In this document: positions 9,737 through 18,433 of the stretch, piece after piece
Position numbering within the stretch: the stretch's first letter is position 1
Layout: every line of letters begins with the position of its first letter
Source of the DNA: Ignavibacteriota bacterium
Lineage (GTDB): Bacteria; Bacteroidota; Ignavibacteria; UBA10030; UBA6906
Assembly (NCBI GenBank): GCA_963801355.1
Contig: CAWDEM010000008.1
Location: forward strand, 2,688,001 to 2,752,000
Reading direction: 5' to 3'
Length of the DNA stretch: 64,000 nucleotides
The notes under the pieces: generated by a model
Databases searched by the model: none
What the model was told of the DNA's origin: nothing
What the model saw: only the letters and a program-made list of their open reading frames with translations
Program-made: the position numbers and the translations under genes

Positions 9737-10861
9737 TTAACGTTTGGTCACGCCGATCCCCGGTCTGTCGGGGAGCGTGAGTTTCCCATCGACGATGGTT
9801 GCACCGTCGAACAGATCGTTCTTGATAAGCACCGCACCGTCGAGGTCCGCCCAATCCACAAGCGGTGACAGCTGCGTTGCCGCGGAGATTGCGCATGAGG
9901 TTTCGGTCATGCACCCGAGCATCACTTTCATGCCGAGGGACCGTGCCAGCACGATCATCTTGTATGCCTCGCGCATTCCTGTACACTTCATCAGTTTGAT
10001 ATTGATGCCGTCAAAGACACCCTGCGCTTTCTTCACGTCGGCGAGGCGTTGCACGCTCTCGTCACCGATCAGAGGGAGTGGGCTGCGTTCCCGCAGCCAT
10101 GCGATATCGTCCACCTGTTCCTTGGGCATGGGCTGTTCCACAAAGACGACCCCTTTCGTCGCCAGCCACTCGATCATCTTCAGTGCTTCGTCACGGTTCT
10201 TCCATCCCTGGTTGGCGTCGGTGGTGATCGGCGTATCGGTGATCTCCCTGATCGTTTCAATCATCATCTTGTCCGTATCGCGGCCGAGTTTCACCTTGAG
10301 GATCTTGTAGATGCTCGCTTCTTTTGTTTTTTGCCGCACGACATCCGCCGTGTCGATGCCGATAGTGAACGACGTTACGGGGGTCTTCGCCGGATTAAGC
10401 CCCCAGATGCGGTACCACGGGGCTCCCAGTTTCTTGCCTGCCCAATCATGGAGCGCGATGTCCACCGCGGCTTTCGCCGCCGGATTGCCCGGAGCAATCG
10501 CATCTATCGCAGGGAGAATCTCTTCGAATTGAAACGGATCGGGGAATTTCGCCAGGTCCACCTTGCCGAGGAAAGCGGCGGCCGACTCCTGGCTCTCGCC
10601 GAGATAGGGCGGCATGGAGGCCTCACCGTAGCCGGTAATGCCGTCCTTTTCCACCTCCACCATCATGTCGGGAGTGGTCGTGCGCGAGCTTGTGGCAATG
10701 GTGAATGTATGCTTGAGCTCGAGCGTATAGGGGTAGAAACGCAGTTTCATATCATTCACCGTAAAGTGGACTGGAGTGGAGAACATTCTGCGCGGCACGA
10801 GACCTGCTGCGACGCCCGCCAGTACCGCGTGTTGCAGGAAGGAACGTCTATCGATGCTCAT
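9737..10861 (-). CDS. L-Ala-D/L-Glu dipeptide epimerase (enolase superfamily) with Tat signal
   Basis: DRRSFLQ twin-arginine motif; KVK, DANQG, EQP, DES, KLMK and DLDG motifs. Confidence 0.9.
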   Translation of the reverse strand: MSIDRRSFLQHAVLAGVAAGLVPRRMFSTPVHFTVNDMKLRFYPYTLELKHTFTIATSSRTTTPDMMVEVEKDGITGYGEASMPPYLGESQESAAAFLGKVDLAKFPDPFQFEEILPAIDAIAPGNPAAKAAVDIALHDWAGKKLGAPWYRIWGLNPAKTPVTSFTIGIDTADVVRQKTKEASIYKILKVKLGRDTDKMMIETIREITDTPITTDANQGWKNRDEALKMIEWLATKGVVFVEQPMPKEQVDDIAWLRERSPLPLIGDESVQRLADVKKAQGVFDGINIKLMKCTGMREAYKMIVLARSLGMKVMLGCMTETSCAISAATQLSPLVDWADLDGAVLIKNDLFDGATIVDGKLTLPDRPGIGVTKR

Positions 10862-12072
10862 GGTGTACCGGTGTAGTAGGGAATATGCGTGAGGAGACGG
10901 ATTCCTGAACTTTCCGGGGCACCGATGATGCGCCGGGCCCCGAGGAACGACCGTTGACGCCCTTCGCTAAAATCCGGATCTGCGGGGTCGAGACTGTTGT
11001 ACCGCACCTGGCCGGCGGCATGAATGAATCGCTTCCCACCCGTGGAGATCGCCACATGGGTAACGCGTTCCTTGTGGTCACCCTTCGCCCTGGCTCCGAA
11101 GAAGAGCAGATCCCCCGGCTTGAGATTGATGCCGCCGGCAGTGTCCACAGGTACGCCCACGAGCGCCTGCTGGCTTGCGTCGCGGGGCAGTTGGACACCG
11201 TTCAGGAAGTAGACCGTCTTCGTGAATCCCGAACAATCCAGCGCCTTGGCCGACGTTCCCCCCCAGAAATACGGGATGCCATGGAAGCGTCGAGCCGTCT
11301 CTACAATCGATTTTCGTGTCGCCTTCGCCCTGGCGAGATAAGACTTGAGAAGGGCGGCATCTTTCTTCCTGATGAACCCCGTGCGGCCATCCGGATATTC
11401 CACTTCAAAGTACGTCCCTGCACTTCTCTTCAACACCAGAATGGATCCGGCAACGGCGTCCGTCACCTGGAGACTGGCAGATTTTCGGGAGTTCCGGACG
11501 GACGAGACTTCAGCGGTGACAATAATCTTCGGGCGCGCAACCCATGATGCATATGCATCAGGTGTCATCACTTCGATGTCGTCGTCGGACCAGCCGAGAT
11601 AGTCGTCAGGAGTCTGGATATACATCCAACCGTGCCTCTTTTTCAGAATCCTGACCGGCGTGCCCAGGGGTGCCTGCGTGCCCATCTCTGCGGCGTGATC
11701 GGGTTTGGTGCGGATATTGGCCACACTGAGGCTGACCACGCCGCGAGTCTTTTCGCCAAGGGACGCCTGAGGCAGCGCTACGAGGCTGTCCGCCATAACC
11801 TTCACCCCCCGTTCTTTGAACATGCCCAGTAGTGTCTGTTTCATCTCGGCATTCTGGACTTCCCCCTTCAGGACGACGGCATCCCCCAGCATTTCGCCCA
11901 CGACGTCAAACACCGCTGTCCGCCGGTCCGGCGCAAGCTTTTCTTTCGCTTTCGTAAGCAGATCGCTCATCATCGTGGTCCCCTCTGTCTGTGCTGTGGC
12001 TGCGGTGAGGCCAAAGAGCATGACCACCACCACGCCTCCGATTGTCCGGAATGCCTTCATGACGAGATGCAT
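10858..12072 (-). CDS. NlpC/P60 gamma-D-glutamyl-diamino acid endopeptidase (YkfC-like; BON-like + SH3b + C40)
   Basis: PYFWGG, DCSG (Cys), LPRDASQQ, THVAI and FIHA triad; two SH3-like segments; signal peptide. Start placed at ATG 12072 after GGAG. Confidence 0.88.
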   Translation of the reverse strand: MHLVMKAFRTIGGVVVVMLFGLTAATAQTEGTTMMSDLLTKAKEKLAPDRRTAVFDVVGEMLGDAVVLKGEVQNAEMKQTLLGMFKERGVKVMADSLVALPQASLGEKTRGVVSLSVANIRTKPDHAAEMGTQAPLGTPVRILKKRHGWMYIQTPDDYLGWSDDDIEVMTPDAYASWVARPKIIVTAEVSSVRNSRKSASLQVTDAVAGSILVLKRSAGTYFEVEYPDGRTGFIRKKDAALLKSYLARAKATRKSIVETARRFHGIPYFWGGTSAKALDCSGFTKTVYFLNGVQLPRDASQQALVGVPVDTAGGINLKPGDLLFFGARAKGDHKERVTHVAISTGGKRFIHAAGQVRYNSLDPADPDFSEGRQRSFLGARRIIGAPESSGIRLLTHIPYYTGTP

Positions 12073-12159
12073 CGAAACTCCGTCCTTGTGGTGTACGACC
12101 TTAATCCCCGGCTTCATCTCGATCCTCCAGGCACACGTCGTCCGTAATGCGGCGACATG

Positions 12160-14520
12160 TTACTTCATCAACAGCATGCGCTTGGTCGCCACGAACTCCC
12201 CTGCCGTCATTCTGTAAAAATATGCGCCGGTGGTCAGGTGCGATGCATCAAAGCGCACGGTGTAGCTACCCGCTTCCATCCGCCCGTCGACCAGTACCGC
12301 GACCTCCCGCCCCAGAAGATCATAGAGAACAATTCTTACATCACCGGACACCGGCACCTGGAAATTGATGACAGTTGCCGGATTGAACGGATTGGGATAA
12401 TTCTGCGACAGGGTGTATGCAGCAGGCACTTCGGTGTCATGTTCAACCGCACTCACCTGCACCGTCCTGAAACGGAAGTAAGCCGTCCAGTCAGTTTCTC
12501 CGGTCGCATTCTTCGCCTTGACGCGCCAGAAATAGATCTTGTAGTATTCCAGCTGCGGCACGACAATGCTCGTGTCGACAATTCCGGCAGAATCAAACAC
12601 CGCGGGCGTGAATGTCGCATTCAGCGAAAGCTGTAACCGGTACGAGGATGCCGCCTGCGTCTTACTCCAGAGGAACGGTAGAACCACGGGCCGATCCACA
12701 CTGACGTTTGGCGGAGAGACAAGCGTTGCGAGAGCCGGCACGCCTGAGACAAACGAGAATGTTGCCGAAAAGGCCGAAGCTCCGGAGGCGTTGCGCGCGC
12801 GGACCCGCCAATACGTGGGTATCTGTCCGGCATACCCTTTGACCACCTTCACGGTATCCGTCAGCGTCGAATCGTTCGTGATGATCCCCGTCGCAAACGT
12901 CGAATCGGCGGCGACCTGTATGTGGTACGATGACGCTTGATTCACCCGGTGCCATGCGACCAGCACGCTTTCCGGGACACCTGTGGTGCCGGAAAGCGGT
13001 GAGGCCAACACAGGAGCGGGTGGCGGGCTGATTTGCAGCACGGTGCTTGGTTCGCCCTCGTTCCAGTTGCGATCCAGTGCGGTGATCACATAGGAATAAC
13101 TCACGCTCACAGGCGGCATTGGCGGCGCATAGACCCTTTGCCCCACGACCGCAAGCAGGTTCTGCGATTCCGCCAGCTCGGCCGGCATCATTGGCGAGTG
13201 GTCAAACCGGTATATTGCGTAGCGCCATGCAGTATCACCGTCAGCCGCGGTTATGGGAACTTCCCACGTGATTGCGGCCGTACCTCCGGCACCGACGTTG
13301 GCATACTGGATTCCCCGAGGTGGATTCGGGCGGAGGGTGTCTTTCCACAGAAATGTGGGCACAAGGGCAGGATAGCGGTAGATATCCTTCGTCAGCGTAT
13401 CCCCGATACCGCCAAGATTGTTCGTGAGATTGTTTGCCGTAAACGGAACATTTCCCTGGGCATTTCCGGCATTGCGATAGAAACGGATCTGGTTGGCCAC
13501 TTCACCGGCGCCACCGAAATCACTCTGGCCGATCCTGTATGCAGCGAGGGAAGGACAGTAGATTCGTCCGTTTACCTGGGTTGCCCACCATGGTTCAAGA
13601 AGCGAATACGACGCTGCCGGATACCCGATCCTCCAATAAATCTGCGGAGCGAAGTAGTCGATATATGCGCCCTGAAGCCAGGCAACCGCATCGCAATAGA
13701 TTGCATTGTAGACATCCCAACCGCGGGTGCCTGGGGGGACACCATACTTCCAGATGCCAGCCGGGCCCATGCCGAACTTCACCCATGGCTTGATCGTATT
13801 GACGCTGTCATAGATTCCGCGAATGAGGAGGTTCACGTTGTTGCGGCGCCAGTCACCCAGATTTGTGAAGCCCCGGGGTTCGGCAGCAAACGTTGCGGCG
13901 TCCTCTGTTGTGATGCCCTCCAGGTAGAAATAGTCGTCCATGACAACGCCGTCGATGTCATACCTGCGCACCATATCCGAAATGACACTCAGCACGTAGG
14001 AACGCGCAGCGGATTTCCCTGGATCAACAATAGTGTTGGAGCCGATGGTGATCAGCCAATCGGGGTGGGTATTGGTGATATGGTTTGCAGCTTTTGTGTA
14101 GGTGCTTCCGCTGCGGACCGCACGATACGGATTGACCCATGTATGCAGCTCCATCCCCCGTTTGTGTGCCTCTGTCACTGCAAACTCCAGCGGATCATAC
14201 AATGGACTCGGCGGCGTGCCCTGCTTTCCAGTCAGCCAATATGACCATGGCTCAATGGACGATTGATACAACGCGTCGGATTCAGGCCTGATCTGCAGAA
14301 ACACAACATTTATGCCGACGGCTTTTAGTTTGTCCAGAAAAGCAGTGAGCTCGTTCTTTTGTGACAGTACCGGCAAGCCGGGCGCTGAGGGCCAATCGCC
14401 ATTCCCGACTGTAGTGAGCCACACGCCACGGAATTCGCGTTTGGGAGGCGTTTGTGACACACCGTGCTGCACACACGAGCAGAGCAACAGGACCACAACG
14501 CAACGGTTCAACATCTTCAT
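12160..14520 (-). CDS. T9SS-secreted GHL10 (DigH/YddW-like) glycoside hydrolase with FN3 domains
   Basis: KREFRGVWLTTV..DWPS, AHKRGMELHTWVNPYR, YDIDGVVMDDYFY, WRRNNVN and IDYFAPQIYW; FN3-like repeats; [12 protein letters not shown]. Start at MKMLNR (14520). Confidence 0.88.
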   Translation of the reverse strand: MKMLNRCVVVLLLCSCVQHGVSQTPPKREFRGVWLTTVGNGDWPSAPGLPVLSQKNELTAFLDKLKAVGINVVFLQIRPESDALYQSSIEPWSYWLTGKQGTPPSPLYDPLEFAVTEAHKRGMELHTWVNPYRAVRSGSTYTKAANHITNTHPDWLITIGSNTIVDPGKSAARSYVLSVISDMVRRYDIDGVVMDDYFYLEGITTEDAATFAAEPRGFTNLGDWRRNNVNLLIRGIYDSVNTIKPWVKFGMGPAGIWKYGVPPGTRGWDVYNAIYCDAVAWLQGAYIDYFAPQIYWRIGYPAASYSLLEPWWATQVNGRIYCPSLAAYRIGQSDFGGAGEVANQIRFYRNAGNAQGNVPFTANNLTNNLGGIGDTLTKDIYRYPALVPTFLWKDTLRPNPPRGIQYANVGAGGTAAITWEVPITAADGDTAWRYAIYRFDHSPMMPAELAESQNLLAVVGQRVYAPPMPPVSVSYSYVITALDRNWNEGEPSTVLQISPPPAPVLASPLSGTTGVPESVLVAWHRVNQASSYHIQVAADSTFATGIITNDSTLTDTVKVVKGYAGQIPTYWRVRARNASGASAFSATFSFVSGVPALATLVSPPNVSVDRPVVLPFLWSKTQAASSYRLQLSLNATFTPAVFDSAGIVDTSIVVPQLEYYKIYFWRVKAKNATGETDWTAYFRFRTVQVSAVEHDTEVPAAYTLSQNYPNPFNPATVINFQVPVSGDVRIVLYDLLGREVAVLVDGRMEAGSYTVRFDASHLTTGAYFYRMTAGEFVATKRMLLMK

Positions 14521-14604
14521 GGCGCTATCCCCTTTTCCCCCTGACGTACGGTATGATCGTTGAAGAACACTACGGAATATAAGTGTATCCGTGCTCAATT
14601 ACGA

Positions 14605-14638
14605 CAGAGGCATCCGACTGTCGGGTCGGATGCCTCTG
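14605..14638. other. Perfect 14-bp intergenic hairpin with no U-tract (mRNA-stabilising or weak terminator)
   Basis: CAGAGGCATCCGAC / GTCGGATGCCTCTG with a 6-nt loop, between the 14687 gene and the GHL10 gene. Confidence 0.6.
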
Positions 14639-14686
14639 CCTGGTACATCACACACGGCATAACAGCCCCGTGCGTGAGACTTCATA

Positions 14687-16024
14687 CTACTTCATGAGCA
14701 ACATCTTGTTGATCAAGCGGGCGCCATTCGACGTCAGCGTGTACACGTATGTGCCGGAGGCCAGGCGTGAGGCGTTGAACGTCGTCTTGTATGTGCCCGG
14801 ATTCAGGTTCTCGTTCACCAGTGTCGCGACTTCCTTGCCCAGCATGTCATACACCTTCAACGTGGTGTAGCCGGCCGTGGTCAGGGAGAACTGGATCTCG
14901 GTCGACGGGTTGAATGGGTTCGGGTAGTTCTGCGACAGCGTGTAGCCGCTCGGGATGCCATCGTCGATCGGATCAACGCTGGTCACGGTGCGTTTGAACA
15001 TCTGGATCGCCGCTTTGGCATGGTTGTAGGTTGCCACGTATGCCGTATCTCCGGTCACCGAGAAGGCGATACCGCGTGGACGCGGACCCAGGTCGGACGT
15101 AGTGAGATTGTACGGATACGCACCCCAGTTCCAGCAAATACTGTCTTTTATTGCCTTGGTGGCTACGTCAATGGCATAATGTACACTATGGGTCCACGGC
15201 GGCAGCGTCTTTCCATAGTTGACCGTGTCGACGGGGCCCGCACTGAAATAGAGGTAGCCGTCTTTGGCGTTCCAGCCGATAGATTCTACCTGGCATCCAT
15301 CCGCGATACTGTCTTTCAGCGCGTACGGTCCAAGTGTACCGTTGTCGCTGTGGTGCACGTAGATTTTCTTGAGCGAGTATCCGCACTGGTAGATGTCATT
15401 GCCGTCTTTAGAGACTTCAATGGTCCTCGCATAGCCAGAGACAGTCGCGACCGCGTTGCCGAGGTCTGAGAAATCGGGGCCAAAGATTCTGATCGGATAG
15501 CCGGGAGCGACGTTCCCCGTAATCATCTCGTTGGCGCTTGTGAACGCCGGGGCAGTCAGGCTTCCCGTGAGTCCCACGTGCCCCATGCCGACACCCGTTT
15601 GGTAGTTGAATTTATAGTAGTGACCTTTGCTCGCGGCATCACCGCCGGTGTTGAAATACCCCGAGACAACGACATTTCCGTCGGCATCCGTCCGTGCACC
15701 GCGATGGCTGCCTCCGGAGTTGAAGGTGTCAATCCTTCCCGTCGTGGCGATTGTCTTGATTCGTGAAATTGCAGCTTCCGTTCCATCAGGATTGTATACG
15801 TAGACGGCCACAATTCCTGTGCTTCCAAGCGAATCGCTGTTCGTCCGGCCGAACGGAGTAACCCAGATCTTTCCGACTTTGTCGACAGCAATCCCGTGTA
15901 CGCCGGTGCCGAAGGCAATCGCCGTGTCCGGGAATACTTTGACAAACGTCCACTGCGTGGCGGCCATGCCGACCACGGTGCAGCAGACCGTCAGTATGAG
16001 CGCAACGGTAAAAGCTCTCTTCAT
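14687..16024 (-). CDS. T9SS type A sorting domain protein with probable beta-propeller
   Basis: Strong SD (AAAGGAGG) before MKRAF; signal peptide; HGIAVD and PRGIAFS NHL-like blades; QNYPNPFNP...KMLLMK CTD. Confidence 0.8.
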   Translation of the reverse strand: MKRAFTVALILTVCCTVVGMAATQWTFVKVFPDTAIAFGTGVHGIAVDKVGKIWVTPFGRTNSDSLGSTGIVAVYVYNPDGTEAAISRIKTIATTGRIDTFNSGGSHRGARTDADGNVVVSGYFNTGGDAASKGHYYKFNYQTGVGMGHVGLTGSLTAPAFTSANEMITGNVAPGYPIRIFGPDFSDLGNAVATVSGYARTIEVSKDGNDIYQCGYSLKKIYVHHSDNGTLGPYALKDSIADGCQVESIGWNAKDGYLYFSAGPVDTVNYGKTLPPWTHSVHYAIDVATKAIKDSICWNWGAYPYNLTTSDLGPRPRGIAFSVTGDTAYVATYNHAKAAIQMFKRTVTSVDPIDDGIPSGYTLSQNYPNPFNPSTEIQFSLTTAGYTTLKVYDMLGKEVATLVNENLNPGTYKTTFNASRLASGTYVYTLTSNGARLINKMLLMK

Positions 16025-16136
16025 CGCAACCTCCTTTGTGAATGAACATGGTGGATTGGTACACACAAGCACCTGCGACAACTACATCTGACGCCAACCG
16101 CACTCTCAACGATCGGAGCATCTCCGGGCAGTCCGG

Positions 16137-17357
16137 TTAGGGCAACGTCCGACCGTAGTACGGAGCTCCGTTCTTTTGCGCATTTAACTTCACCGCTGAA
16201 GCGGGTCCCGGAACCGAGGACCGGCTTTGAAACAGGTCGACGCCCTTGCCCCAGGCGAGGGACACCGTTGCACCTTTGATGACACCTGGGTAGTACGCTT
16301 CGCTGGTCTTGTCCGGGTGAACCAACCTGATGCCTTCTGTCCCGTCGGTGCCGACATAGAGGTCACCGTCCGAAGAAAAGGTCAAGGCGTAAACGCCGGA
16401 CCCGCTCGCTCCATACACGGATGAAAGATTGAAGTACTCCTGCTCCGCATCCAGGCTGTCAGTACCGACCACGGGGAATTTCCAGACTTTTTCGAGTGAA
16501 TCTCGTTTCCCGCCTACATACACAGCGCCGTTATAGACGCGGATCGCACGGAGCGTTCCCACGCAGGGAAACGTCTTCACGACCTTCGCCTGGCTGACCC
16601 GGTAGATGTTGCCGTTCGTGCCAGCCGCCCAGATGTTGCCGTTCGCATCGAAATCCAGATCCGACAACTGGCCGAGTCCACCTCCTGACAACCAGATTGC
16701 CGACGCACCGCCGGCCGGGGGAATTCTGAAAATAATCGTTCGCCCGGTGGGAACGCAGAACATTGCCCCGCCGGGGCCGAATCTCATATTCCTCCAACTT
16801 GGCACCGTCGTACCGAAGACCGGCGAGTAGTCACTCTTCACACCGGCAGGCGTAAATTTCTTGACCCCGACGCCGCCAGTTATAGAAATCATCGACACAT
16901 AGAGGTTACCGTCATTGTCGCATTCGACGCCGACGCCTTCCTCACCTGATCCAAAGGTCGCGTACTTTTCGTTTGCGGCAAGTTCCAGCTTATACAGCAC
17001 CGGATCGCTGTAGAGGTCGGACTTGGCCACTGCGACCTTGACAACAATGGAATCCTTCGGCAATGGGGGTGCCGTCACAGTGAGCTGAGTCGCTGTCGAC
17101 GTCAGCACAGGAACTGCGGTCTTGTCGAAGAACAGCAGATTATTGCCGGGCACCGGTGAGAAATTCTGACCGTTGATGGTCAGCGTCGTCACGCCGGCAA
17201 GTGCTCCGGTAGCGGGGACGATGCCCGTGACCTTGGGTTGCGGCCCGCTCACATAGTTGGGATCATAGAGGCTTGCCGGCGGATCCTCCTTGCAGCCCGT
17301 CCAAACGCCCGCAAGCATGACCACGGCCAGCAGCAGAAGAGTAGCTCTTGGTATCAT
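16137..17357 (-). CDS. Lipoprotein with IPT/TIG domain and beta-propeller
   Basis: Lipobox-like VWTGC; 'PKVTGIVP...TLTINGQNFS...TQLTVTAP' IPT/TIG signature; DxxGNLYV-type blades. Confidence 0.8.
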   Translation of the reverse strand: MIPRATLLLLAVVMLAGVWTGCKEDPPASLYDPNYVSGPQPKVTGIVPATGALAGVTTLTINGQNFSPVPGNNLLFFDKTAVPVLTSTATQLTVTAPPLPKDSIVVKVAVAKSDLYSDPVLYKLELAANEKYATFGSGEEGVGVECDNDGNLYVSMISITGGVGVKKFTPAGVKSDYSPVFGTTVPSWRNMRFGPGGAMFCVPTGRTIIFRIPPAGGASAIWLSGGGLGQLSDLDFDANGNIWAAGTNGNIYRVSQAKVVKTFPCVGTLRAIRVYNGAVYVGGKRDSLEKVWKFPVVGTDSLDAEQEYFNLSSVYGASGSGVYALTFSSDGDLYVGTDGTEGIRLVHPDKTSEAYYPGVIKGATVSLAWGKGVDLFQSRSSVPGPASAVKLNAQKNGAPYYGRTLP

Positions 17358-17394
17358 AATGAATCCCGTGCGAATTCAGAAAGAATGTGATTTC

Positions 17395-18405
17395 TCAGAA
17401 CGAGAATTTCAGCGCAACTGTGTGGACGTTGTCGAATATGCCGAACGGCGTGTAGGCGTAGTCAACTCCCAGACCGACGGGACCGAGAGCTTTCTGGAGC
17501 CCGACGCCGTACGAGAATTTTTGTTCATCCGCGCGAGAGATGAAGCCCGCGCGCAGAGAGAGAATCTGCATGAACGTATACTCTCCGCCCATCTTTATGC
17601 GTTCGGGGTAGTCCCGCGGATGTTCCGCATCGATGGCCAGCAGGAACTGGTGCATCTCAGTATCGTCGATGATAAAATCGAGCACATTCATGGACACGCC
17701 GACCCTGAACGTCAGGGGAAGCTGGAAGCCTTCATCGATGTAGCGTGCCTCCTTTGAGAAATTCCTCACGACGACACCGAACTGCAGGCTCTTAAAGCCG
17801 GTCTTGTAGGTCATACCGAAATCAAACGCAAACAGCTCCGCCTCGTCATTGCGTGTGAGATAATCTCCGCTCTGCAGCACCTGGATGATGCCGTCGCCAA
17901 GATTCTGGTGCACCCACTTGATGGCCCCGCCGACGGCGAACTTGTCGCTCAGGGCCCGGGCATATCCCACACCGACCATTGTCGATTTCGGGTTGAAGGT
18001 CCCCATATCGATGTACCCGGCGGTGTTGCTGGACCGGATGGTCCCCTGCAGATCCCCGTAGTCCACGGTTTGCACCATGAAGCCGAGTACGCCATATTCC
18101 CCCTGCCAGGGGCTGACCGTAGCGGCGGCAAAATTGTGCTTGATATCCGCAATCCACGTCACCTGGCCGAGAGAGACGTTCGCCAGATCAGTGGTCCGTG
18201 CCATGCCGGAGGGGTTAAAGAACATCGATGCCGCATTGGCTTCAACGGCGGTAAATGCTTCTCCCAACGAAGCTGCCCTCGCATCCACAGCGACGTTCAG
18301 GAATTTCATGCCTGTCTGCGCAAGCTTCTGCTGGCCAAACACTGTGGCAGTCAGGACACAGAGGCCAACGAGAAGGATCGGCACGAAAGTCAGTAGTCTT
18401 CGCAT
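17395..18405 (-). CDS. PorV/PorQ-family (UPF0164) outer-membrane barrel, copy 1
   Basis: FLNVAVDARAASLGEA..SMFFNPSG, LPLTFRVG, DYAY and terminal Phe. Confidence 0.85.
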   Translation of the reverse strand: MRRLLTFVPILLVGLCVLTATVFGQQKLAQTGMKFLNVAVDARAASLGEAFTAVEANAASMFFNPSGMARTTDLANVSLGQVTWIADIKHNFAAATVSPWQGEYGVLGFMVQTVDYGDLQGTIRSSNTAGYIDMGTFNPKSTMVGVGYARALSDKFAVGGAIKWVHQNLGDGIIQVLQSGDYLTRNDEAELFAFDFGMTYKTGFKSLQFGVVVRNFSKEARYIDEGFQLPLTFRVGVSMNVLDFIIDDTEMHQFLLAIDAEHPRDYPERIKMGGEYTFMQILSLRAGFISRADEQKFSYGVGLQKALGPVGLGVDYAYTPFGIFDNVHTVALKFSF

Positions 18406-18433
18406 AATAGTCCCAATCCTGTGGTAATTCATA

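Noticed and set aside
12160-14520. GH10 xylanase
   Set aside because: The motifs match GHL10/DigH-like proteins, not the WDVVNE/TELD pattern of GH10.
16137-17357. SusD homolog
   Set aside because: It is a lipoprotein, but beta-rich (IPT/TIG plus propeller) rather than the helical TPR fold of SusD, and it is not adjacent to the TBDR.
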